Shown piece by piece: positions 37,094 to 47,858 of a stretch of DNA of 64,000 nucleotides. The stretch is taken from positions 372,001 to 436,000 of the forward strand of contig CM026547.1 in NCBI GenBank assembly GCA_014905635.1. The letters are read 5' to 3'. How positions within the stretch are numbered: the first letter of the stretch is position 1; every line of letters begins with the position of its first letter. Source of the DNA: Scenedesmus sp. PABB004. Taxonomy: Eukaryota. The position numbers and the translations under genes were made by a program. The notes beneath the pieces were generated by a model. It made no database searches and was not told the DNA's origin. It saw nothing but the letters and a program-made list of their open reading frames with translations.

Positions 37094-38425
37094 ATGACGC
37101 CACAGGCTGAGCAAGAGCTGACGCCGAAGCCGCGCGGGCTGCGCGGCTTCGGCGCCGCGCGGCGGCGCCTCGCCCGCCTGGCCAGCGGCGCCGACGCGGC
37201 GTGCCTGCGCCTCGCCCGGGGCGTGCTGCCTCAGCAGCTCCTGGACGATGTTGCCAGCGAGCTCGCCGCCGGCACAGGGGAGGTGGGGGCGGTGCGCGCT
37301 GCGGCGGCGCGGCGGCGAGGCCAACGCCGCCTGGGCGACGCCGCGCGCGGAGCGGCGCTCGTCGCGGGCGCGCTGGCGGGCGGCTGCGGCGCGGTGGCCG
37401 GCGCCAAGCGCGCCGCGCTCGCCGCCGCGACGCCGCTGCGGCTGCGGCGGCCGCTCTCGTTCGTCGTCAATGGGCTGATGATGCCGACGGCCCTCTGCGG
37501 CCCGCTCCTGGCGGCGCGCGTGGCGACGGAGGTCGGCCGGCGCGCGCTGCGCCAACTCGCAGCCGAGACGGCGGCCGCGGCGGCGGCGAAGCAGGCGACG
37601 CACGGGCACAGCACGCCCGCCGCAGAGGCGCCCGAGCAGGCGGCGGAGCAGCAGGCGGCGGAGCAGGAGGGGCTGGAGCAGCAGGCGCCGCAGCCGCCCG
37701 CGGCAGAGCAGGCGGCGCCGCAGCAGCAGGCGGCGGAGCAGCCCGCGGCAGAGCAGGCGGCGGGGCCTCGCGCCCCGCCGACCGCGCTGCCGCTGCCAGT
37801 GGTGGCGCCATCGACGCCGCCGGCGCCGGAGGGCGTGCAGAGCCACGCGCTGCTGGAGGCCGCGGGCGGGCAGCTGGCGGTGCGCACGGGCCGCGGGGGC
37901 GCGCCGGCGCGCGCGCCCGGCGGCGCGCCGCAGCCCGGCGCGCTGCCCGGGGCGTGCCGCGACGGGCCCGCGAGTCCGCTCAGCCCGGAGCTGGAGAGCA
38001 GGATTTGCCGGCTCCAGCGCCGGTGGTCCAGCGACTCGCCCGACAACGAGGCGTTTGCCGAGGAGGCGGTGCGCGCCGCGGCGTTGCTGCGTCCGCAGCA
38101 GCCGCCCGTGTTCAGCTGCCTGCCCGGCGGCAAGGGCGGCTGCCGCATCACCGCCGCCGCGGCGGCGGCGCGGGTCAAGGCCGGCGGCGCGGCCGGCGCG
38201 CCGCCGCCGCTCATCCACGCGCACAGCGGCGGCTGCGCGAGCAGCGACGGCTCGAGCGCGGGCAGCCCCATGGCCGCCGTCGCCGCGCGGCGAGCCACCG
38301 ACGGCTGCGGGCGGCAGGCGGGCGCGCCGCGCGTGACCGCGAGCCTCGACTTTGGTGCGGAACGGCGCGCGCTGCAGCAGCGCGCCTCGGCGCTGCTGCG
38401 GCAGCCGCGCGAGGGCGCGCCGTAG
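37094..38425 (+). CDS. Hypothetical intronless protein with hydrophobic N-terminal region and AAEQ-rich repeats
   Basis: Open frame from ATG 37094 with coding-like composition; no family recognised. Confidence 0.5.
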   Translation: MTPQAEQELTPKPRGLRGFGAARRRLARLASGADAACLRLARGVLPQQLLDDVASELAAGTGEVGAVRAAAARRRGQRRLGDAARGAALVAGALAGGCGAVAGAKRAALAAATPLRLRRPLSFVVNGLMMPTALCGPLLAARVATEVGRRALRQLAAETAAAAAAKQATHGHSTPAAEAPEQAAEQQAAEQEGLEQQAPQPPAAEQAAPQQQAAEQPAAEQAAGPRAPPTALPLPVVAPSTPPAPEGVQSHALLEAAGGQLAVRTGRGGAPARAPGGAPQPGALPGACRDGPASPLSPELESRICRLQRRWSSDSPDNEAFAEEAVRAAALLRPQQPPVFSCLPGGKGGCRITAAAAAARVKAGGAAGAPPPLIHAHSGGCASSDGSSAGSPMAAVAARRATDGCGRQAGAPRVTASLDFGAERRALQQRASALLRQPREGAP

Positions 38426-39080
38426 CTGGGCTGTGTGCATCGCTGACGACGACGGCGATGACGACGGCACCCGCCCAGGGCTGGGCGGCGGCCCGGGAGG
38501 AGGCCACACGCACTGCACCACCACCACACGCCGCCGCGCATTGCAGCACCACACGCCACCACACGCTCCCAGTGCCACGCTTGCTTGACTGATGCGCCGC
38601 GCCCGACTGATGCATTGTGCGACCACCAGACTCGCGGCACGAGTTGACGGGGACGAGTTGACGAGCAAAAGGGGCGCTGACAAGCTGCCGCGGCGACGCT
38701 GATCGGTTGTTGGACTGCTGGGTTGGACTGGCGGCCCTGAGAGAGCGAGAGGCGCAGCAGAGCCGGCCGAGCCGCCGACGCGCGGCAGGCGAAGAGCCGG
38801 CGGCGGCGACGGGCAGGCTGGGCCGAGTGCCCGCGCGTACGTGCTCCCTGAAACTGTGTGACGCTCCCCGTGGCATCGACGGACAGAGGCGCGCGCGCCT
38901 GGCGCTGGCCCAGTCGCGCCCGCATGCGCGCGCGCGGGCCCCGAGCGTCGCTCGCTCGCAGAGGCGTGGCGGAGCCCACGCAGCTCACCTTTCAGCCACC
39001 CGTGTTTTCCAGACCTCCTGGGGCCACAGCTGAGCAGTGATCGCGGCCCGCAGTGCGGTGCCAGCCCGACGTCTGCTGCG

Positions 39081-41000
39081 ATGGCGGAGGCCGCCCTGCC
39101 GCTGGATGTGCTGCCCCAGCTGCTGTCCTACGTGCCCCAGGCGCAGCGCCTGGGGTCCTGCGCGCTGGTGAGCAGCTCCTGGCGCGCAGCGGCGGTGGCC
39201 GCCAGCACGTCGGTGGCGCTCGCCATCGCCGGCGATGGCGAAGCGCGCGAGCTGCTCGCCTGGCTGCGCTCGCACGGCCGCGGCGTGGCGGCGCTGGACC
39301 TGGCGCCGCGCGGCGGCGACAAGTGGGCCGGGCGCCTCCCCGCGGCGGCCCTGCTCGCCCTGCTCGCCGCGGCGCCGTCGCTCGCAGCGCTGCGCGTGGA
39401 GGGGCTGGAGTTCACGACGCAGCTCCTGGCGCAAGCGCCGTCCGGCGCCGGCGCCGGCGGCGCAGAGGCCGCCGGCTGCGAGCTGCCGGCGGGCGCGCTG
39501 GCGGCGTTGACCAGCCTCGTGCTCGCCGAGGTGGGCTGCTCCTTCGTGCACCACCTGCCGCGGCTCGGGTGCCTGACGGCGCTGCGGCGCCTCCACCTCT
39601 CCGAGCTGCGCGAGTGCGCCACGCCCTCGGCGGCGAGCAGCGGCGCGCGGCAGCTCTTTGCGCACCGCTTTGGCGCGGCCGCGGCGGCGCTGGGCTGCGT
39701 GACGTCGCTCGTCCTCACCGGCGGCATGGTCACCGACGACGCCGCGGCGCACCTGAGTGCCATGCCGCAGCTGCGCTCGCTGACGCTTGGCGGGCCGCAC
39801 ATCGGCGCGGCGGCGCTCGCGTGCCTGCCGCCGCGGCTCGCGGCGCTGCAGCTGGAGCTGCAGCACTGGCGCCCCGCGCTTCACCCCGACGAGGCCGGCG
39901 TGTTTTTCATCGAGCTCGCGCTCGTCCTCAGCCCCGCGACCACGCCGCGCCTGGCGGCGCTGAGCGGGCTGACGTCGTTCGCGGTCTCCGCGACGCGCGG
40001 CGTCGCGCTCGCGCCGGAGCTGCTCCGCGGCCTGCGCGGCCTGCGCGCGCTCGCGCTGCGGCACTGCGAGCTGCTGCCGGCGGGCGCGCGCGGCAGCGAC
40101 GCGCTGCTGGCGGCGGTCGGTGGGCTGCGCCGCCTCGAGGCGCTGGAGCTGGCGGGCACGCTCGCGCTGCCGGCGAGCGAGCTCGGCACGTACGCCGCCC
40201 TCGCGGCGGCGCGCGAGGCGCTCTCGTCGCTCGACCTGCGCGACTGCCAGGTGCCGCGTGGGTGTCTGCGCGTGCTCCTCGCCGCGCGCCTGGACAGCCT
40301 GGCCGTGCTCAAGCTCGGCAGCTCGTGCGCTGGCGGCCCCGGCTGGGTGTCGCCGGCCGACATGGCGCTCCTGCCGCGGCACTGCCCCGCGCTGCGCCAG
40401 CTCTGGCTCGCGCACGACAGCGGCAGCGTCATGGCCCCCGCGGCGCCTGCCGGCGCGGGCTGGGCGGCGGGGCTGGCCGCGCTGGGCGCGCTGACGCGCC
40501 TCACGCTGCTCGCGCTCGGCGGCGCGGCGCTGACCGACGCCGCCGTCGGCGAGCCGCTCGCCGCGCTGCCGCCGCTGCGCGAGCTGCGGCTCCTGCGCGC
40601 GGAGCGGCTCACCGACGCCGGCCTCGTCGCGCTCGCGGCGGCGGCGCCCGTCCTGGCGCGCAGCCTGACGCGCCTGGTCGTGCGCGGGTGCGGCCTCGGC
40701 GGCGACGTGCGCGGCGGCTGGCTGCGCAAGCTCGAGGGCTGGAGCTACCCGCACCTCCACCTTCACGTGGACCTCGATATCTCGCTTGAAATGCCTGCTG
40801 ACGCCGCGCCGGGTGCCGACGTCTGGTCGGCGCTGCTGGCGCTGTGCGAGACGGACGGCGTGTGCCCGGGGTTTGCGCTCGCGCGCGCGCGCGCCGAGCG
40901 TGACGCGGCGCGCGCGCAGGCCGCCGCGTGGCGGGCGCGCGCGGCGCGCGCCGGCGCGCGGGCCGGCGGGGACGGCGGCGGCGCCGGCGAAGGCGGGTGA
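39081..41000 (+). CDS. Intronless F-box-like + RNI-type LRR protein
   Basis: F-box-like LPLDVLPQLLSYVPQAQRLGSCALVSSSWRAAA, then repeated LxxLxL units (LTALRRLHL, MPQLRSLTL, CPALRQLWL, LTDAGLVAL). Confidence 0.8.
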   Translation: MAEAALPLDVLPQLLSYVPQAQRLGSCALVSSSWRAAAVAASTSVALAIAGDGEARELLAWLRSHGRGVAALDLAPRGGDKWAGRLPAAALLALLAAAPSLAALRVEGLEFTTQLLAQAPSGAGAGGAEAAGCELPAGALAALTSLVLAEVGCSFVHHLPRLGCLTALRRLHLSELRECATPSAASSGARQLFAHRFGAAAAALGCVTSLVLTGGMVTDDAAAHLSAMPQLRSLTLGGPHIGAAALACLPPRLAALQLELQHWRPALHPDEAGVFFIELALVLSPATTPRLAALSGLTSFAVSATRGVALAPELLRGLRGLRALALRHCELLPAGARGSDALLAAVGGLRRLEALELAGTLALPASELGTYAALAAAREALSSLDLRDCQVPRGCLRVLLAARLDSLAVLKLGSSCAGGPGWVSPADMALLPRHCPALRQLWLAHDSGSVMAPAAPAGAGWAAGLAALGALTRLTLLALGGAALTDAAVGEPLAALPPLRELRLLRAERLTDAGLVALAAAAPVLARSLTRLVVRGCGLGGDVRGGWLRKLEGWSYPHLHLHVDLDISLEMPADAAPGADVWSALLALCETDGVCPGFALARARAERDAARAQAAAWRARAARAGARAGGDGGGAGEGG

Positions 41001-41445
41001 GTGGACGCGACCCGCACGACCAGCCGGCAAAGGTCAAATCGAGAAGGCGGAGGTGTTGGGCCCGCGCGTGAACCGCGCTCGCCGCCCGCCGCCGCAAGAC
41101 CCGCCGCACGCTCAGCTCTCACCGCTGTCACCCACGCGGTGTACGAACTCGCGCCACCACTCGCGCCCGGTCGTTCGCGCGCTCGCCGAGCACACGAGCA
41201 CGCGCGTGCGTCGCGGCCACACGCGCCGCTGCTCCGCCGCCGGGGCGCCAACGCCGAATCAGGTGCGCGGTAGTGCCAGCGTCGCGTGAAGTACGCGCGA
41301 TGCGCCGGCGCGCGTGATGATGCGGCGCCTGGCGGCGCTCCCGCGGTCACGCGCTGCTCACGAGCAGCGTGTGCGCCGCCGCGCCCGGCCGCGCCCGCAG
41401 CCCGCGCCGGCCCAGCAGGAGCCGCAGCAGCAGTCAGCGGCAGCC

Positions 41446-41447
<2 letters not shown>

Positions 41448-41492
<45 letters not shown>
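41448..41492. repeat. (AGC)15 microsatellite just upstream of the glycosylase ATG
   Basis: Directly visible. Confidence 0.9.
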
Positions 41493-41493
<1 letters not shown>

Positions 41494-41518
41494 AGAGCCA
41501 GCGGGGCCGCCCACAACC

Positions 41519-43876
41519 ATGGTTGAGGGGCACCAGTGCCACCGCGTCGCGGCGGCCCACCGCCGGCTGCTCGTCGGCAAAGCATTCACCGCTACCAGCC
41601 CTAACGGGCGTTTCGCGAGCGGGGCGGCGGCGATCAGCAACAAGGTCCTGCGCCGCATAGAGGTGCACGGCAAGAACCTGATGTGCGCTGCGCTGCGCGC
41701 GGGCCGGGGCGGCAGCGCGGCCCTGGGTCACTCCCCGCCGCCCGGACGAGGGCGACTTCCTCGGCCGCCGCCCGCCGCGCAGGTACTTCTTCGGCGGCGC
41801 GCCCGCCGCCGCCGGCGCAGCGGGCCCAGCGCGCAGCGGCGGCGCGGTCGTCGCGCTGCGGCCGGAGGAGGAGGACCCGCTCGCGGAGCCGGCAGAGGAG
41901 GAGCCCGAGCGCGCCGGCGGTGGTGGCCTGCTCGGCGCGCTCGGCGCGGCCGCTGCGGCCGACGCGGCAGCGGCGGCGGCCGCCGCGCTGCTGCGCTCGC
42001 CGGCGGCGCCCGCGACGCCCGCGGGGGGCGCGCGCCGGCAGCGCCGGCGCCGGCGGCAGCGACAGCGAGGGCGAGGGCGCTGGCGAGGGCCTGGAGGGCG
42101 CGGGACATGACGGCGACGTCGTAGTGCACATCCACTTTGGCATGTGCGCGCGGCGCGCGGCGCATGCATGGGAGCATGTGGCGTGTGCGCGCTGAGCCGC
42201 GCGCGCCCGCACGCGCGGCGCGCAGGTCGGGCGCGTTCCGCACCGCGCTGCTGCCCGGGCCGGCGCCGACGCCGACGACGCGGCTGCGCCTCGAGCACGC
42301 CGGCAGCGGCGTCGTCGCGCACCTGAGCGCCATGACGGTCGCGCACGGCGGCCCGGAGCTCTACCGCGACAAGGCGCGGCGCACAGCGCATGCGCACGCA
42401 CGCGCGCGCGCGCGTGCGCGCCCACGGGCGTCGCAGGGCGCCCCGCGCCGAGCGCGCCGCGGGCTGCGCGTGCGGCGCCGCCGGTCGCCGGCTGCCCCTC
42501 ATGCGCGGCCGCGCCGCGCAGGTCGCCAAGCTCGGCCCCGACCCGCTGCGGTCGGACGCCGACCCGGAGCACTTCTACGCGCGGCTGAGGGCCACCAAGA
42601 AGCCGATCGGCCTGATGCTCATGGACCAGTCGGCGATCGCGGGCGCGCCGCGGCGCCCGGCGCGCCCTGCTCGCTGCCGCCGCAGCGCGCCCGCGCGCGC
42701 GCCACGGCACCGCCGCCACGCGCCCGCGCGCTGCACCGCGCAGCGCGCCGAGGCGCGAGGGGCGGCCCCCGACGCTGCCGCCGCCCCGCCCCCCTTGCCG
42801 CCAGGCGTTGGCAACATCTATCGCGCTGAGATTCTGTTTAAGGCGCGGCTGCACCCCGAGCAGCCCGCGAGCAGCCTCGGCGCCGCCGCGGCGGCCGAGG
42901 TGTGGCGCCACGCGTCCGAGCTGCTCGCGCGCGGCTTTGCGACGGGCTCCATACTCACGGTCGACCCCGAGGACGCTCGGGCGCTTGGGGCGCCCTGGAC
43001 GAGGCGGTACATTTATAACCAGAGCCGCTGCGGCTTCTGCAAGGGCCCGGTCAAGTCGTGGGACATGGCCGGCCGCACGGTGCGGGCGGCGCCGCGGCGT
43101 GGCTGCGCGCGCGGGCCCGCGCGCGGGGCGGGGAGCCTGGCGCGGGGAGCGCGACCGCCGCCTCGCCCCCCGTGCGCGCCGCGCAGGTGTACTGCTGCGA
43201 GACGTGCCAGCCGCTGCAGCTGGGCACCGCCGCCGCCGCCGGCGCGGGCGGCGGCGCGGCCGCCGCGGCGCTGCTCAGCCCCGCGCGGCGCAAGTCCATG
43301 GCGGCCGCCAAGCAGGCCAAGACCTTCGTGTCGCACTGCGCGCCGGACGACCCCGCCGAGCGCGTGCCGGCCAAGCTCACCGTCCCGCAGCTGCGCGACG
43401 CGCTGGGCGCGCTCGGCCTGGACGCGCGCGGCGCCAAGCCGGCGCTCGTCGCGCGCCTCGAGGCCGCGCAGGCCCCGGGCGGCGCGGCGCAGGCGGGCGG
43501 CGCGGCGCAGGCCCCGGGCGGCGCGGCGCAGGCGGGCGGCGCGGCCAAGAAGCGCCGCCCGGCGCGGCCGGCCGCCGCTGACGACGACGGCAGCGAGGAG
43601 TCTGAGGACGCGCTGGATCACGCGGAGGCGCGCCTGGCGGCCAACCTCTCGGTGCCCGCGCCCAAGCGCCGCCGCGCCGGCGCCGCGGCGGCGGGGCCGG
43701 CCACGCCCGCGCCGCAGGCGGGCCGCGCGCGCCGCGGCGCGGCCGCGGCGGCGCCGCCGCGCGGCGTCGCGAGCGCGGCCGCGGCCGCGGCGGAGAAGGC
43801 GGCCGCCGGCGAGAGCCGCGCGGTGGAGCACGTCGCGCTCGTGGCGGACGCCGCGACGGACGTGCTGGGGCGCTAG
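41519..43876 (+). CDS. Fpg/Nei-family DNA glycosylase/AP lyase (H2TH + C4 zinc finger) with C-terminal SAP domain (6 exons)
   Basis: MVEGH, SPNGRF, HGKNL, VHIHFGM, LGPDPL, LMDQSAIA|GVGNIYRAEILF, CGFC..YCCETCQ; SAP-like KLTVPQLRDALGALGLDARGAKPALVARLEAA. Confidence 0.9.
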
Positions 43877-44816
43877 GGCCCCAGGCCCACCAGGCGAGTG
43901 GCGACCGGCAGTTGAGCGGGGGCGCGAGGGTTGCCCGAGGTCAAGCCGCGAGGTCAGGGCGCCGCCAGCGCGCGCGCCCAGCAGCGGTTGCCCTCGCCGG
44001 ACGGGCTGTGCGCGACGAGGCCCATGTCTGCCAGGGCCGCCGCGCCGCGGTCCCCGGCGGCCGGCAGGGTGGCGTACCAGGCCAGCCCAGCGGCCTGGGC
44101 GTCGCGGTGGTGGGCCGGCCCGGTGGTGATGCGCAGCGCGCCGCCCCGCGACTGATCAGATTCATGAATCAAGCTCGCCGGCTCGAGGCGCACCCGCCGG
44201 GGCATCGAGCTGCGGGCAGGGCTGCAGGCGCGGCGTGAGACGCGCGCGTGCAACGGCCCGCCGCCGACCACTGCCGCGCACCTCTGCAGCAGCATCGTGC
44301 CCGCGCGGCGGCGTGCCGCGGGGGGCGCGCCGCTGGGTGCTGCTCGGTCCTGCGGGGCGCGCGGCGGGGCGCGCGGCGCGCGGCGTGGCGCGTGCGCGTG
44401 CGCGGGTGCACGGCGGCGCAGCGCCGCCGCCGCCGCGCCCCTTGCCCCAGCCGCACGGGGGCCCGCCGCACCAGTGCCTGATTACGTCTGACCCGCAGAC
44501 CAGGCCGCTCTGACGGGGCGTGTGGCGAGCGGGGCGCGCGGGGAAGGCCGGTCCACGCTCACCGCTGCTGTCGCTCCTGCGGGCGCCGGCGGGTGGCGGG
44601 CGGGCGTGATCATGGCGGTATGACACCGACCATGGCGGCACGGGGAATCTGGCAGCCGCTGGGCGCCCGGGCGGCCGCGGGGGGGAGGGCGCGCCGCGGT
44701 GGGGGCGGCGCTTTCCCGCCCTTCGCGAAGCACCATCGACCAGGGCGCCCGCCGCGCACCGCGCCGCCCGCCGGACTCACGCCCGCCATCCCGCACGTCC
44801 GTCGGCGCGCCCCGCA

Positions 44817-45452
44817 GGCCGCGCCAGAGCGACGCTTCGCGCCCCCCCCCCCCCCCCCCGGATCGGCCTGGCCGCCCGCCGGGGCTCTCATCATCCTCCG
44901 GGGATCTACGAGATGCTGGGCAGGCCTGGAGGTGCGCGCCGGACGCGGGCGGGCCCGCGCGCGGCCGGGGCGCGGGGGGGCGCATGCGCGGTGCGCCAGC
45001 GGCCACCCTCGCGCGCAGCGGCTGTCAGCGAGCCCGCGCGCCGCGTGGGCGGTCGCGGGCCTTCGGCCCGCCCCCGCTGAGCGACGCCCCCGCCCGCGCC
45101 CGCCGGCGGCCGCAGGGTTGACTGCAGGACTTGGCGCCACGCCCGCGCGGGGGCGGCCGGCAACGCGCCGCGCCGCAGCCGCGCCCGGGGCATGGTCGAG
45201 GCTCTCATCGCCCGACGGGGATCGACGAGAACATGTTGGGGCTGGAGGTGCGCGCCGGACGCGGGCCGCCCTGCAGCAGCGCCCGCACCGCGCTGTCCCT
45301 CACCACCCCGCACGCCTGTCCGCGCGCCCGCAGGCCCGCCCCGCCCAAACCTTGAACACACGGTGCCCCTGAGGGGAACCCACCGTTGGTGGCGCCCCTT
45401 GCTTGCAAGGGATCAGCGCTAGCGTTTGTCCGGTCGCTGACAGACCCTGTAA
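44817..45452 (+). pseudogene. Possible decayed gene fragment with two related exon-like units (weak ankyrin-like similarity)
   Basis: Diverged direct repeat at ~44881..44950 and ~45199..45270, each containing CTGGAG|GTGCGC; CCGCAG acceptors upstream; TGTAA at 45448; frames broken. Confidence 0.3.
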
Positions 45453-45578
45453 ATGCACCTCCCAGATCGGGCAGGCAGGGCGCTCTCCCCCCACACGTCC
45501 CGCGCCACGACCACAGCAGCGCCCCCACAGCCAAAGCAGGCAGGCGTCTGATCTTTGCGTGCGGGCGCGGAACCGGCC

Positions 45579-47594
45579 ATGGCAGCGCTGCAGACGCACC
45601 GGACCGCCATGCGCGCCGGCAGCGCGGCGCGCGGCGCGGGCGCGAGGCCATCGGCCCCGCGAGTTCGGTGAGCGCCGGTGCTCTGGGCGCGTCTGCAGCT
45701 CGCGGCCTCGCCCAGCGCCCGCGCACTCACGCTCCCGCGCGAATCACAGGGCCGCGCGCGGCGCGGGTCGCCGGAGCGGCCAGGCGGGCGCGCTGCAGCA
45801 GGTGCGTGGCCCGCGGCCGCGCCGCGCCACGCCGCCGCCGCCGCCGCCCACGCCGGTGTCCTCCGCCGCCGTGCCGCCGCAGGCGCCCGGTTGGGCGGGC
45901 CAGCAGCAGCAGCGGGGCGCGAGCCAGCTGTGCAGGGCGACGCTGGACGAGCCGGAGATTCAGGAGCTCGTGCGCGAGCTGCAGGAGATGGTGCGGCCCT
46001 GCGACGGCGCCTGATCCCGCAGCCCCGCCCGGCAGTGCACGCACGTGGGGTCGCCGCCGGGCGCGCCCGTGACCGCCGCGACCGCCGCCGGTCACGGCGC
46101 CGCCGCCGCGTGCGCACGCCGCAGACGCCAGAGCCGCCCGCGCAGCGGCCGCAGCTGGACAAGGCGCTCGCGCTCATCGACGCGGGCAACGCGGAGGACC
46201 CGACCAAGGTGCAGGTCGACGGCGAGTCGGTGCCCTACAGGTGAGGCGCGCGCCGCCGGCGGGGCGAGCCACGCGTCCCGCGCAGGCGCGCGCGCTGCGC
46301 GCCAACTCACCGCCGCGCCGCCGCACCTCTCTCTCTCTTCAGGCTGGCCTACTCGCGCTGGCTGAGCGAGTGGGTGCTGCGGCTCGACCCCAAGGCCTCG
46401 GACGAGCTGCTCATCCTCGCGCGCGGCAGGCGCGCCGCGCCCTGCGCGCTGCGCACCCTGCACTCCTCCCCCGCGACCGCGGCGCCTCAGCCCCGATCCC
46501 GCCGCCGCCGCCGCTGCCGCGTGGCCACGCGGGCGCGCAGGAGCATCCAGTCGTGGAAGCTCGCCGACATCAAGCGCGACGACTACGCGCCAAACACGCC
46601 GGGGCAGCGCCAGTGGGAGGTCGACCGCAAAAAGTGGCTCGCCAACCGCCTGCTGGAGGCGGTCAAGGTACGCCGCGACGCGCCGCAGCCGCCGCCGCGA
46701 CACGCCGCCGGGGCACGCCGCCGCGGCACGCCACCGCCGCCGCCGCTGCGCGCGCCCCGCGCGCCTTGGCCTCGAGCACGCCGCGCCCTGCGCCGCTCGC
46801 CGCCGCCGTCCCTCCCACCTCCCTGCCTCGGCGCCGGCCGGCCGCCACGGCAGGAGGCGGGGTACGGCGAGGAGACGTGCGGGCTGATCGAGGACGTGAT
46901 GCTCTCCCGGTCCCTGCCCGACCCGCGGGATATTCGAAAGTATGACCTCCTCGGCCCGCTCGGCATGGTCAACTTCAGGACGCTCCGGGTGCGCGGCGGG
47001 CTGCGGCGGCGGCGGCGGCGGCGGGGGCGACCGTGGAGCAGCGCGGCACGCCGACGTCGACGCCGCGCCGCGCCGCGCCGCGCCGCGCCGCGCCGCGCCG
47101 CGCCGCGCCGCGCGCGCTGCTGCTGTGGTGACGATGATGCCCCGCGCCGCAGGCGGTGGTCATGCTGCAGACGCTGGCCGACGCGGACGCGCTGCTCTTC
47201 CTGGACAAGAACTTTGCCGAGATGTTCAACCGCATGCCCGCCGACGAGGTCGCCGCGGTCTGCAAGCGCGAGCTCAGCCGGCTCTCGCAGGCGCGGCGCC
47301 GCCGCGCGCGGCGCGGCGCCGCGCTGCAACGCCGGCAACGCCGGCCGGCAGCGCACGCCGCGCGCACGCCCTTCCACCGCTAAACGCGTGCCGCCGCCCC
47401 GCCGCCGCCGCGCCGCGCAGAACGGCATCATCACCGTGCTGCGCCAGCGCTGGTCGCCGGTGCAGCAGCGCCTGCTGCAGCGCGCGCTGCCGGTGCCGTT
47501 CAAGTGGAGTGACATCATGATGGACGTCGAGGGCGTCGCCGCGGCGTCCACGCACCCGGGCGACTGGCGCTACGCCAACTTCGACTACGACTGA
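45579..47594 (+). CDS. DUF4202-family protein with probable plastid transit peptide
   Basis: ALALIDAGNAEDP, YSRWLSEWVLRLDPKASDELLILARG, EAGYGEE, QTLADADALLFLDKNF; TGTAA at 47803. Confidence 0.75.
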
Positions 47595-47858
47595 CGCGCG
47601 GCCGGCCGTCGCTGCTGCCGGCGCGCGGCTGTGCGGCGGCAGCGGCGCGCGGCGGCGCGCGGCGGCGCGCCCCGGACGGCGCTGCGCGCGGCGATCGTGT
47701 GCGCGCGTGGCGCGGTGAGGCTTCCGGAGCGGCGCTGAGCGGGCCGCCGCGCAGCGCGCGACTGTACACTACACCCGGCCTGCGGCACTGCGCGTGCCGC
47801 CCTGTAACCTGCCGGCGCTGGCGGTGGTGCGCGTGTGGTGGCGGCCGAGCGCCGCGCG

